Shown here in pieces: positions 1 to 11,250 of a stretch of DNA of 64,000 nucleotides. The first letter of the stretch is position 1, and every line of letters begins with the position of its first letter. The notes beneath the pieces were generated by a model. The model saw only the letters and a list, made by a program, of their open reading frames with translations. It had not been told where the DNA came from and made no database searches. Source of the DNA: Candidatus Hydrogenedentota bacterium (lineage in GTDB: Bacteria; Hydrogenedentota; Hydrogenedentia; Hydrogenedentales; SLHB01); contig CAVUWV010000024.1 of NCBI GenBank assembly GCA_963745075.1, positions 1 to 64,000 on the forward strand, read 5' to 3'. A program made the translations under genes and the position numbers.

Positions 1-12
1 GGACTACCCCGC

Positions 13-2304
13 GTGGAAGCGCAGCGTATCCTCGAAGGAATAGCGGTCTGCCGAAGGAGCGGCATCCGCTGCGCCGGGTTCGCGTTGGTTATCGTGCTTT
101 GCGCCGGGTGCGGTCCCACGGAATCGCCGGTGCAATCGCCGGAGCGGCGGATAGGGCTCGATATCGCTGCTCCCGTGCAGGCGGGCGGGTCCGACTGGCG
201 ATCCCGGACGTTTCAGCGCGACCACCTGCCGCGGCTCATCGTGTTCGCCGCCGAACAGCTCAACGCCGGCGCCATCGCGCAAAACTTCAACCGCATCAAG
301 CTGGACCCCGCGGAACTGGTGCTCGCGGAACGCAGCCAAGTGCGCGTCTACTTTGTCGGCGAGGCCTCCGGCTACTCCAACAGTCTTTGCATCAACCTCG
401 AGGACGTGGGACCGGACAGCGGCAATCCGCGCATTATTTTTCCCAATGCGACTTGCGCGAAGGATTTGTATCAATGCGCGGGAATCGTGGACCGGGACGC
501 CATGACCCTCGACTTGAGTGAAGTGGGGGAGCGCAGTGAAGACGCCCCGTTGGTGCCGGGAGACTTCGTGGACCTGGGAAAGATCGATGCGGGAACTCAC
601 CTGAACTTCTTCCTGATCAACGGCCAGGAGCAGGTGTTTACCGTTGACCCGACGGTGAACAAGGATCATGTTGAACATATGACGGCCTTCGCCATCGAGG
701 GCACGCCGTATCTCATGCTGAGCTTCGAGGATCTTTTCGGCGGCGGCGACCGGGATTTCAGCGATTGCGTGTTTCTGGTGGAATTGTCGTACAGCAATGT
801 CGAGGCATTGATCGGAAAGCTCGATCCGTGGCGGCGAATCAAACAGCTTGCCGTTCTCGGCATGGTCGTTGCGCTCGTGGTCGGCGTGCCCTTGACGTTC
901 TTGTACCTGCGTAGGCGTGCGCGGCTTGCCCGCAAGCGGCGGTTGACGGAACGGGTTCTCGGTCTTATCAACGACGGCAAACCTCAAGATGCGCTGAAGG
1001 TGATCCGCGCGGAGACCGTAGGCAAGGGCAAGCGCGATATATCGTGGAGAAAACTCGAAGCTCAGGCACTGGATCGAATGACAGCCATCGGTGATTTGGC
1101 CGGATTGGAATCGGAATCCCCCGATACATTCCGTGAAGACGAGCCTCTGTCGCTGAAGGTTGCGCGGGCGCGTGTTGAAACCGAACAGTGGGATGCCTTG
1201 CATCGTGTCCGCGAATCCTGGCGCCAGCGTGAAACCGCTCCGGCGGACTGGCTCGCGCTGGATGCGGACGAACTCGCGCGTCAGGATCAGATTGCCGCGG
1301 CGCGGTCGTTACTGGAGTCGGCGTCCGCCGACGCCGGGACGCACGCGGGTTTACTGGTTCGTTTGGCGGTCCTGATTATGCCGGATTCCCCGGAGCTCGC
1401 CCTGCAATTGGTCGATCGGGCGCAATCGATTGCACCGGATGATCCGGACGTGCTCGTCCACCGCGGGAAAGTGCAGGAATTGGCGGGAAATTCCTCGGCC
1501 GCGCAGGATGCGTACATCAAGGCACTATCCCTCGCGCCACGCGATCCGTTCTATCGCGACCATCTCGCCGAGTTCTGTCAACGTCAAGGGGATATTGTTC
1601 GAGCCTTGCGCGTATGGAGCGAGGGTCTCGCTCCGCCCAGCATCGATTTCCTGTGGTTGAAGGTCGCGTTCTGGCGGAAAGTCGCGTTTCCCATGCAACT
1701 GGAGTGGACGGAAGAACATCCCCCCGGTGCACTCATGCCGCTTGTAGATATGGTGCGAACCCTTCCTGCCGGTCGATTCTGGGATGCCGATCGGTTTGCG
1801 CCGCTCGTGGAGATTCATCCGGCATCAGGCGGATATCAGGAAGTCTTCTGGCTACGGCTGCTCGAAGCCTTGCGCGTAAAACGCGAGGACGAAGCACTGC
1901 GTCTGCTCAACCTGAGCCGCTTCGGCAAGAAGTCCTGGCACCCGGATCTCGAAATCACGTTGTTTCACATCGTCACCTACCGGCGCCTGGGTTTCATCGA
2001 TCCCAAGATCGGCCGACCGGAGATCGCATCGCCCACGCAACATCGACTCTTCGACCACCTGCATGCTTGGGCTGCTGCCGAGGCCGCGCCGTCCGCCGAA
2101 ATCGAACGGTTAATTCGTGGCGAAGAAGCCTTCGCGGCCGCCCTCCTCGCCGCAGGGTGGAACGAGGCCGCGTTGCAACTCCGGCGCGTTCCTTTGTCCC
2201 GGTCGGAGTATCCGGCCTGGTATCTCGAAGAACTGGCCCGCGCGATACGCGCCAATCGCAGCGAAAACGCCGCAAAAGAGTTCGAGGCTGGATTAGGACC
2301 TTAA
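13..2304 (+). CDS. DUF4114-like domain + transmembrane helix + TPR-repeat protein
   Basis: Signal/lipobox-like LVIVLCAGC; VYFVGEASGYSNSL...SFEDLFGGGDRDFSDCVF resembles DUF4114; TM helix LAVLGMVVALVVGVPLTFLYL then RRRAR; TPR-like helices (APDDPDVLVHRG..AQDAYIKALSLAPRDP). Start is at the window edge and uncertain. Confidence 0.7.
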   Translation: MEAQRILEGIAVCRRSGIRCAGFALVIVLCAGCGPTESPVQSPERRIGLDIAAPVQAGGSDWRSRTFQRDHLPRLIVFAAEQLNAGAIAQNFNRIKLDPAELVLAERSQVRVYFVGEASGYSNSLCINLEDVGPDSGNPRIIFPNATCAKDLYQCAGIVDRDAMTLDLSEVGERSEDAPLVPGDFVDLGKIDAGTHLNFFLINGQEQVFTVDPTVNKDHVEHMTAFAIEGTPYLMLSFEDLFGGGDRDFSDCVFLVELSYSNVEALIGKLDPWRRIKQLAVLGMVVALVVGVPLTFLYLRRRARLARKRRLTERVLGLINDGKPQDALKVIRAETVGKGKRDISWRKLEAQALDRMTAIGDLAGLESESPDTFREDEPLSLKVARARVETEQWDALHRVRESWRQRETAPADWLALDADELARQDQIAAARSLLESASADAGTHAGLLVRLAVLIMPDSPELALQLVDRAQSIAPDDPDVLVHRGKVQELAGNSSAAQDAYIKALSLAPRDPFYRDHLAEFCQRQGDIVRALRVWSEGLAPPSIDFLWLKVAFWRKVAFPMQLEWTEEHPPGALMPLVDMVRTLPAGRFWDADRFAPLVEIHPASGGYQEVFWLRLLEALRVKREDEALRLLNLSRFGKKSWHPDLEITLFHIVTYRRLGFIDPKIGRPEIASPTQHRLFDHLHAWAAAEAAPSAEIERLIRGEEAFAAALLAAGWNEAALQLRRVPLSRSEYPAWYLEELARAIRANRSENAAKEFEAGLGP

Positions 2305-2404
2305 GTTTTACACCTCGTTTTGTGCCGCTTCTGTTTACGCACCACTGTGTTGTGTAGAATGCCACCGGACGTCCAATCATCCATCGGAGGGGAATCACAA
2401 TCGC

Positions 2405-3118
2405 ATGCCCGACTATGTCCAAGTCATCTTGTTGACTACGCTGGCCGGGGCCGCCATGCCGGTCGGTGCGACTATCGCGTGTATCGAACGGATTCATCCG
2501 AAATGGCTGGAACGGGAGTTTCGCCATTCCGTCATTGCCTTCGGCGGGGGGATCCTTGTGTCGGCGGTGGCGCTGGTATTGGTCCCGGAAGGAATAGACG
2601 GGATTTCCATCACGCTTTCGTCTGTTTCGTTGCTGGTGGGTGGCGTTGCGTTTTCCCTGCTGGACTGGGTCTTGAGCAAAACGCAAACGTCGGCGGCGCA
2701 GTTGGCGGCGATGTTGTCGGACTTCCTTCCCGAAGCGTTGGCGATGGGGGCCATCTTTGCCTCGGGGAAAAACGTCGGGTTCTTACTTGCCTTCCTCATT
2801 GCCGCGCAGAACCTGCCCGAAGGCTTTAATGCGTATCGTGAATTGCGGGCTTCGGGCGGGTTTAAGCCGCATAACGTGGTGCTTGCGTTTGTCGCGCTGG
2901 TTCCCCTCGGACCTATGGTCGGTCTCATCGGTCTCTACTGGCTTTCCGCGTATCCGACCGCCGTGAGCGTGGTCATGCTCTTTGCCGCGGGCGGAATCTT
3001 GTATCTCACGTTCCAGGACATCGCGCCCCAGGCAAAACTGAAAAAGCATTGGGCGCCCCCCCTCGGCGCCGTCGCGGGATTCGTGTTTGGTGTCATCGGG
3101 CATCAACTGACGACGTGA
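2405..3118 (+). CDS. ZIP family (ZupT-like) divalent metal transporter
   Basis: Highly hydrophobic 237 aa; AFGGGIL, DFLPEALAMG, QNLPEG, FAAGGILY motifs; GGAGG upstream. Confidence 0.85.
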   Translation: MPDYVQVILLTTLAGAAMPVGATIACIERIHPKWLEREFRHSVIAFGGGILVSAVALVLVPEGIDGISITLSSVSLLVGGVAFSLLDWVLSKTQTSAAQLAAMLSDFLPEALAMGAIFASGKNVGFLLAFLIAAQNLPEGFNAYRELRASGGFKPHNVVLAFVALVPLGPMVGLIGLYWLSAYPTAVSVVMLFAAGGILYLTFQDIAPQAKLKKHWAPPLGAVAGFVFGVIGHQLTT

Positions 3119-3327
3119 CCACGCGCCTGGAACCGCGGCACATGATCTGCGCAAACTGCGATTCCTGCGCATTTGCCCTCGACGGCATGATCCCTTAGAA
3201 TAGAACGTTAGAGTTAATTGGTCTTAGCTCGAGGAGTCATGCATGCGCACGCACTATCCCTATCCATCGAATGAACCCCGTCTTTTGACCGGCCGGAACG
3301 TCACGGTACTTCCGTTGGGTCTCCCTG

Positions 3328-6300
3328 TTGGCGCTGGTACTGATCCCGGCTGTCGCCGGAATCGCGGAGGACGCCGTACCCGCTGCCGATGCCGGTGAAC
3401 CGGTTGTCTTTGACCGGGACATCAAGCCCATCTTCGAGGCTTCGTGCTTTCAATGCCATGGACCCGACAAGCAGAAGGCGGAACTGCGGCTCGATTCGCA
3501 GGACGGCATCCAGTCCGGCAGCGAAGATGGTCCTGTCGTCGTGGCGGGCAAGCCGGACGAAAGCATGTTGTATTCCCTGGTTATCCTGCCGCCCGACGAT
3601 CCCGATGTCATGCCCGCCAAAGGCGATCCGTTGACCAAGGAACAGACGGAACTCATTCGCCGGTGGATCCTGCAGGGTGCCGTCGTGTTGGCGGCGGACG
3701 GCGCACCAGCCGAAGCCCCCGAGGAAGCCACCGCCGATTCGGCGGTGAACGAGGCGGCTGCGTCGAAGGTCGAGGAAGGTCCCACGCTGCTGGACAAGCT
3801 CGCGGAAGGCGTACCGGCGCCGTCCGACGAAGCGCTCGACGCACTACGAAATGCCGGTGCCGTGGCCATGCCGCTGGACATGAAGTCGCCGCTGGTGTCG
3901 GTCAACTTGCAGTATCTCGGGGACAAAGCCACCGACGAAACCTTGGCGAATCTCGACCCGCTGGCGCAGCAAATCACCTGGCTCAACCTCGCGGGCACGG
4001 CCGTAACCGATGACGGTCTTGCGAAGGTCGCGCAGTTGCCGAATCTGACCCGGCTTCACCTCGAAAAGACCGGTGTTACCGATGCCGGCCTTGCGCATCT
4101 GAAAGACCTGAAGAATCTCGAATACCTGAATCTTTACAACACCCAGGTGTCGGATGCGGGTCTCACCAACCTGGAATCTTTGCAGAACCTCAAGAAACTC
4201 TATCTCTGGAATTCCCAGGCGACTGCAGACGGTGTGGGCAAACTGAACGCCTGCCTTCCCGACTTGATGGTGAACCTTGGCGTGCAATTGGCGGCGGCGG
4301 TCGAAGAGCAAGCCGCACCGGAGAATCCACCCGCACCGGAACCTGCACCAGCTCCGGAGACGGCACCCGCGACGGAGGAGATTAAGCCGAAGGATCTTCG
4401 CGTTCCTGTTCGACACGGATAGCTGCTGCGCGAAGGCGAAAGCCGAGGGGAAAACCTGCGACCATCCCTGCTGCGTGGAAGCGGCGAAGAAGGGGGAGGT
4501 TTGCCTGAAGTGCAACCCCGGCGCCGAAGCGAAACTGGCATTGGCGAAGCAGTTCGATAAGGACAGTTGTTGTGCCAAGGCCTTTGCCGAAGGCAAGTGG
4601 TGCGACCATCCCTGCTGTGTCGAGGCGAGGGAGAAGGGCGAAGTTATGTTCCGAAGCTGCAAACCCGGCGCCGAGGGGAAACGCGACCAGCTGTGTGGAA
4701 GCGGCGGCGAAAGGGGAGGTTTGCCTGGTGCATCCGGCGCCGAGGCGAAGCTGGCGTGGGCGAAGTTCGATAAAGACAGTTGTTGCGACAAGGCCTTCAA
4801 AGCGGGCAAATGGTGTGACCATCCTTGTTGTGTCGAGGCGCGGGAGAAGGGCGAGGTCTGCACAAAATGTAATCCCGGGGACGGGAAGAAGGATCTTACG
4901 GCGCTCTTTGATCCGGATAGCTGCTGCGCGAAGGCCTGCGCGGCGGGCAAGGCCTGCGAGCATCCCTGCTGCGTGGAAGCGGCCGCGAAGGGCGAAGTCT
5001 GTTTGAAGTGCAATCCGGGCGCGAAAGAAAAACTCGAGAAGGAAGCCGCTCCGGCGGAGGAGTCCCCGCCGGCCGACGGGGCGCCCGCTCCCGAACCGAA
5101 GACCGAGCCCAGCGATAACGCCAAAGTCGCCGCCGTCCCCGCCAAGACCCTCGAGTTTAACCGCAGCATTCGCCCCATCCTCTCCGATAATTGTTTGCAG
5201 TGCCATGGCTTCGACAAGGAAGCGCGCAAGGCCAAACTTCGCCTTGATGTCCGCGACTCTGCGGTCGAGGTCCGTGGAGACCATGCGCCCATTGTCCCCG
5301 GTGATGCCGCGGCCTCGGAACTCGTTCGCCGTATCACGACGAAAGATCCCCTGGACGTGATGCCGCCGCCCGATTCGGGCTTCAAACTCGAAGCCGGAAG
5401 AGATTGAGAAACTCGCGACGTGGATAAACGAGGGCGCGGAGTATCAACGGCATTGGGCGTACATGCCGGTCAAATGTCCCGAGCCGCCGGCGGTTGGCAG
5501 TGACTGGGAAAGCAACCCCATCGATCGGTTTGTCCTCGCCAAGTTGAAAGAGAACGGTTTAGAGCCTTCGCCGGAAGCCGACCGGGCCACCCTGATTCGC
5601 CGCGTGAGCTTCGACCTGACGGGTCTCCCTCCGACACCCGATGAGGTCGACGCTTTCGTGAATGACCCCGATTCCCAAGCCTACGAGAAGCTGGTCGACC
5701 GGTTGCTGGCGTCGCCCCATTACGGCGAGCGCATGGCCATACGCTGGCTTGACCTCGTGCGGTACGCCGACACCAACGGCTATCACGGCGACGAGTACCG
5801 TAGCATCTGGCCGTACCGCGACTATGTGATTAAGTCCTTCAACGACGACAAGCCCTTCGACCAATTCACCATCGAACAGTTCGCGGGCGACCTGTTGCCG
5901 AATCCGACGCGGGAAGATCTCGTGGCGTCCGGCTACAACCGGTTGAATCAGTTGACCGCGGAAGGCGGCGCGCAGGCGAAGGAATACCTCGCCAAGTATG
6001 CCGCCGACCGTATCCGGACCATGTCGTCGGTTTGGCTCGGTACGACGATGGGCTGCACCGAGTGTCACGACCACAAGTTCGATCCCTTCACGACGAAGGA
6101 GTTCTATCAGTTCTCCGCGTTCTTTGCGGACATCGAAGAGAAGGGCGTCTACGGCGCCGGTGAGAAGTGGGATCCGTATCTCCCCTTGCCAACCACGGAA
6201 CAGGCGGCGGAACAGAAGGACCTGGAAACCGCGATCGCCGCGCTGACGCAGACGGTGAATACGACCACCGATGAACTCGCCGCCGCCCAGCGGGAGTGGG

Positions 6301-8148
6301 AGACCCAGACGCGTGCCGCAGTCGGGGACGCGTACAACGACTGGACCACGCTCATGCCGGCTTCCGCCGAATCCTCCGGCGGGGCGACCTTGCAGATTGG
6401 CGGCGACTTGGTCGTCTCGGCAACCGGCACCGATCCCGCCAACGACGATTACACGCTCACGTTTCGCACGAATCAGCAGAACATCACCGGCATTCGGCTG
6501 GATGCGTTGCCGGACCCGGAGAATGGGAAACTCTCCCGCGGCAACGGCAACTTCGTGTTGACTGGATTCGAGGCGCAGGTGGAATGCGGGGATACGTGCA
6601 CGCCGTTGACGTTCTGTAAGGCAGTGGCGGACTACGAACAACCGGATTATCCCATTAGCGCCGCCATCGACGATGACCCGAAATCCGGCTGGGCCGTGTC
6701 GGGGCACGAAAAGAATGGCGAAAGCCGGCAGGCCGTGTTTACCTTCAGCGAACCCGTGGCCGGGGGTCCGGGCACGATGCTGACCGTGCGGATGAAGCAC
6801 GATTCCACCTTTGCGAATCACAACATCGCCCGATTCCGTCTCGCGTTGACGACGGCGCCCGAACCCACGCTGACGACTGCGAGCACCTTGGGTAAGGACA
6901 TCCTTGCCGCCCTGATGGTTGATGAGGCGTCGCGTACGGACGAGCAAAAGCAACTGCTCGCGAAGCACTATCTGAGCATCGCCCCGGCGTTGGCCGGAGC
7001 GCGCACCGAGTTGGCAGCCAAACAGGATCGGTTGGCCAAGCTGACCGACGAGATTCCAACCACGCTGATTACGCACTCGGTCGAACCCCGGACCATTCGT
7101 GTGCTGCCGCGCGGCAACTTCTTAGATGATTCCGGCGAGATTGTCGAGCCGAACACCCCCGCGACCCTGCCGCCGCTGGGCGTGGAAGGCCGTCGTGCCA
7201 CGCGTCTGGATCTCGCCCAGTGGCTTGTTTCGAAGGACAACCCGCTGACCGCCCGGGTGACCGTGAACCGGTTATGGGAACAGTATTTCGGTATGGGGCT
7301 GTCCAAGGATCTCGACGATTTCGGTTCCCGCGGTGAATGGCCGATTCATCCGGATTTACTGGATTGGCTCGCCTCGGAATTCATGAACAGTGGGTGGGAC
7401 GTGAAACATATGGTGCGGATCATGGTCACGTCGTCAACGTACCGCCAGAACGTCTAAAGCGACCCCCGAGTTACTCGAAAAGGATCCCTTCAACCGGTTG
7501 CTGGCCCGGCAGTCGCACATCCGCCTCAAAGCGGAATTCGTGCGGGACAACGCGCTCGCCATCGCCGGAATCTTGTCGGACAAGATCGGCGGCCGGAGCG
7601 TGTACCCCTACCAGCCGGACGGCTATTGGGACAACTGCAACACCTTCCGCGGCCCGCTCATTTACACGACGGACAAGGGCGAGAACCAGTACCGTCGCGG
7701 ATTGTATACCTTCTGGAAGCGGTCGTTCCTGAATCCCAGCTTGTTGGCCTTCGACGCGCCGACGCGTGAAGAGTGCACGGCGGAACGTACGGTATCGAAT
7801 ACGCCGATGCAGGCCCTGGTTCTTCTGAACGATCCGACGTATGTGGAAGCATCACGGGTATTTGCGGAGCATATCCTGGAAAACGGTGGCGACACGCCGG
7901 AAGCAAAAATCGATTACGCCTACCGCCGGGCCCTTGGCCGAAAACCCACCGACGCAGAACGGGACGTGCTGTTGAGTCTATGCCGCAAACACATGGAAGA
8001 ATATGCCAACAATCCGGACGGCGCCGCAGCGCTCATACACACCGGGTTTGCGCCGGTCCCGGACGGTATTGCCGCACCGGAATTGGCCGCGTGGACGTCG
8101 GTTGCGCGGACGATTCTGAATCTGCATGAGACGATCACCCGATCGTGA
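3328..8148 (+). CDS. Large exported planctomycete-type cytochrome c / LRR / Cys-rich repeat / DUF1549 / DUF1553 protein (frameshifts at ~4399, ~5397, ~7449)
   Basis: ORFs 3328-4422, 4277-5407, 5463-7457 and 7498-8148 form one continuous architecture: CFQCH cytochrome domain, LRRs (LxxLxLxxTxVTDAGLxxL), Cys repeats, CLQCH cytochrome domain, DUF1549 (NPIDRF..LIRRVSFDLTGLPP, CTECHDHKFDP), DUF1553 (NPLTARVTVNRLW, SNTPMQALVLLND). Confidence 0.85.
4409..5021 (+). repeat. Intragenic tandem Cys-rich repeat (4 readable copies + 1 garbled copy)
   Basis: FDxDSCCxKAxxxGKxCxHPCCVEAxxKGEVCxKCNPG four times (copy 2 divergent at its end); 4670-4765 is a deletion-ridden DNA copy of unit 1. Confidence 0.9.
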
Positions 8149-8161
8149 GAGGAGTGTTGTT

Positions 8162-9590
8162 GTGAATCCCTTCGAACGTTTCCAACTGCGGGAAACCCGC
8201 AGACAGTTTCTGGGCCGCACGGCGACCGGCATCGGCACGGTGGCCTTGGCTTCGTTATTGAACCCACGGATCTGGGCGGAGACCTTGAACGACGATGTGT
8301 GGCGCGGGATCACCAATCCGCCGCATTTCACGCCGCGCGCGAAACGGGTGATCCATCTCTGCATGGCGGGCGGTCCGTCGCATCTGGAAACCTTCGACTA
8401 CAAGCCCAAGCTGGCCGAACTGAACGGCCAGCCCATGCCGGATTCGTTCACCCAAGGGCAGCCGATCGCCCAATTGCAGGGGCAAAGAATTGAAATGTTT
8501 CGGGCCCCAGCACGCCTTCAACACATGCGGTAAGTCCGGCCAGCAGATCAGTGAGATCTTTCCGCACATTTCCACGATCGCGGACGACATCTGCATCATC
8601 CGCTCGATGCAGACCGAACAGATCAACCATGACCCCGCCCATACCTACATGAACACGGGAACCTCCATTTCGGGACGGCCGAGCATGGGCTCCTGGTCGC
8701 TATACGGACTGGGCTGCGAGACGCAGAATCTGCCGGGTTTCGTCGTGCTCACGTCGGTGGGCGGCGGCCAAGCCCAGCCGATCTCGGCGCGCCAGTGGAG
8801 CAGCGGCTTTCTGCCGAGTAAGTTCCAGGGCGTGCAGTTCCAGTCCAAGGGCGACGCGGTGCTCTACGTGAGCAACCCCGACGGCGTGACCCACGCGCAA
8901 CAGCGGGACATCGTCGATTCTGTCGAGGCGCTCAACCACATGCGCCAGGAATCCGTCGACGATCCGGAAATCGCGACGCGCATCAGCCAATACGAAATGG
9001 CGTTCAAGATGCAGGCCAGCGTGCCCGAATTGGTGGACCTCTCCGACGAGCCGCAGCACATCCTCGACCTGTACGGCACAAAGGGAGCGGACGGCACGTT
9101 CGCGTCGAATTGCCTGCTCGCCCGCCGTCTGGCCGAACGGGGCGTGCGGTTCATTCAGCTCTACCATCGCGGCTGGGACCACCACGGCGGCGTGAAACAG
9201 GGTACTGAAGTCACGGCGAAACTCGTGGACCAGGCCACCGCGGCCCTCGTGATGGACTTGAAACAGCGCGGCATGCTCGAAGACACGCTCATCGTCTGGG
9301 GCGGCGAATTCGGCCGCACGCCCATGGCGCAAGGCGACGGACGCGACCACCACATCCGCGGGTTCTCCATCTGGATGGCCGGCGGCGGTATCCAGGGCGG
9401 CATCACCCACGGCGCCACAGATGAACTCGGCTACAACGCCGTCGAAGACAAGGTCCACGTCCACGACTTCCACGCGACCATGCTCTACTGTCTCGGCATC
9501 GACCACAAGAAACTGACCTACCGCTACCAGGGCCGCGATTTCCGGCTGACCGACGTGGCGGGCAATGTGGTGAAGCCGATCCTGGCGTAG
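8162..9590 (+). CDS. DUF1501 family (sulfatase-like) protein, frameshift at ~8487
   Basis: GAGGAG RBS then GTG; TRRQFL Tat-like motif; AKRVIHLCMAGGPSHLETFDYKP, CLLARRLAERGVRFIQL, GWDHH, WGGEFGRTP, GRDHH; usual partner of DUF1549/DUF1553 genes. Confidence 0.9.
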
Positions 9591-9633
9591 AATTCCACTC
9601 CATAGCTTCGACATGAATTGGATCTTGTGCCTC

Positions 9634-9802
9634 GAAGAACATCCCCCTTGATCCCCCTTCAAAGGGGGAAATGTCCAATCCGAAGTCTTCTACGATGCAC
9701 GAAGGCTATGAGAATGCTTCATGTTCGATCAGCGTCCGAAACGCAACGCAATGCGTTGCGGAGAATTCCCCCTTTGAAGGGGGATCAAGGGGGATGTTCT
9801 TC
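9634..9802. repeat. Inverted REP-like doublet (GAAGAACATCCCCCTTGATCCCCCTTCAAAGGGGGAA)
   Basis: 37-bp arm 9634-9670 and its reverse complement 9766-9802; internal hairpin CGCAACGCA-A-TGCGTTGCG; same arms recur at 57447-57615. Confidence 0.9.
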
Positions 9803-9862
9803 AAAGCGTGCATTGCTGCGCTATACTTTCTTCCTTTGGCTACGTGAACGGAAGGAGTATTC

Positions 9863-10849
9863 GTGGAAACGCTTGTCACCATCCCCGACATTGGTCCGAT
9901 CTCGACGAAGTGCGGGTTCATCCCCTTGGAACGGTGCAGCGACGGGCGTACCGTCGCCGGCAAAGACGGGGTTGTGTCCATCACCGCTACCGGCGACCGG
10001 AAAGTCGAGTTCATCGCGTACGAGGATCGCACCGTCGCCTATGTGAAGTCCGCCCTTGGGTATCCCGCGTATTATCCGGTGCATCCGGTTGCGATCGAGA
10101 AGCCGGTCAAGGCCATCCTCATGGACCTCGACGGCACCAGCGTGCGCAGCGAGGAATTCTGGATATGGATCATTCAATTGTCCACAGCCAGCCTGTTGGG
10201 CGATCCCAACTTCGAGTTGGAGGACGCCGACCTTCCGTATGTTTCCGGGCACAGTGTGTCGGAACACCTGCAGTATTGCGTTTCAAAATACTGCCCGGAC
10301 AAAACGGTTGAGCAGGCGCGCGAATTCTATTTCGAACATACCAACCGCGAGATGCAGGCCATTCTCGAAGGCGAGGGCAGGGAAGGGGCCTTCACGCCAA
10401 CGCCGGGATTGAAGGATTTCCTGCTCGAACTCCGCAATCGCGGGATCAAGATCGGTCTCGTCACCAGCGGCTTGTACCAGAAGGCCTGGCCGGAGATTGT
10501 CTCCGCCTTTCGCTCCATCGGCCTCGGCGACCCGAAAGAGTTCTACGACGCCATCGTCACGGCGGGCTTCGCCATCCGCCCCGGCGAGCCGGGCACGCTC
10601 GGTGAACTCTCGCCCAAACCCCACCCTTGGCTCTATGCCGAATGCGCCCGCGTCGGCCTCGGCATCAATTTCAAGATTCGTCACCGCGTCATCGGCCTCG
10701 AAGACAGCGGCGCCGGGGTTTGCGCCATCCGCCTCGCCGGGTTCGCCCCCATCGGTTTCGCCGGCGGCAACATCGACGAGTCGGGGACAAGGGAATTGTG
10801 TGTGGCGTGGGTGGAGAGGTTTGATGAGGTGCTGAAGATTATCGACTGA
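9863..10849 (+). CDS. HAD superfamily hydrolase/phosphatase (beta-PGM-like)
   Basis: MDLDGT motif I, LVTSG motif II, PKPHP and GLEDS motifs; AAGGAG RBS. Confidence 0.85.
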   Translation: METLVTIPDIGPISTKCGFIPLERCSDGRTVAGKDGVVSITATGDRKVEFIAYEDRTVAYVKSALGYPAYYPVHPVAIEKPVKAILMDLDGTSVRSEEFWIWIIQLSTASLLGDPNFELEDADLPYVSGHSVSEHLQYCVSKYCPDKTVEQAREFYFEHTNREMQAILEGEGREGAFTPTPGLKDFLLELRNRGIKIGLVTSGLYQKAWPEIVSAFRSIGLGDPKEFYDAIVTAGFAIRPGEPGTLGELSPKPHPWLYAECARVGLGINFKIRHRVIGLEDSGAGVCAIRLAGFAPIGFAGGNIDESGTRELCVAWVERFDEVLKIID

Positions 10850-10899
10850 GGAAGAGTAACGCACGAAGGACGCGAAGATCGCGAAGTGAGGAAGGGAGA

Positions 10900-11250
10900 T
10901 CGGTCTGGAATTAATCCGCGCGAGCAAATGCGACGCGATTGGTTGTGCAATCGAAGGGTCCATCGCAACTTTGGCCCGGGCTGTTGGAATCGCATATGAG
11001 CATGCGTGCCTACGAGCGACATAGCGTGGAATTCCGTGGTTTTTCCTACAAGATCCGTTCCCGTACCCTAAAGGGAATTCAACTTACGCGATTCGCGTGC
11101 CGATGTCTGTGAGTGATTCCCTTATCAGGGAATTGAAAAGTGTTGAGAAATACTAGCAACCCGGGGCTCAGTTGCTTATGTACATCGCCTTGCGGCGGTC
11201 CAACCCCGGACTGTCAGTAATTGGCCTTTCAAGGCAACGCGAATGTGTTG
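10900..11250 (+). pseudogene. Degraded GxxExxY (PD-(D/E)xK-like) protein gene
   Basis: Across frames reads IGCAIE-VHRN-GPG-LLES-YE ... KGIQL ... ELKSVEK ... AQLLMY, matching the GxxExxY family pattern; many indels; ends approximate. Confidence 0.65.

Noticed and set aside
8480..8495. Programmed frameshifting in split genes
   Set aside because: No consistent slippery motif across junctions; sequencing error is more parsimonious.
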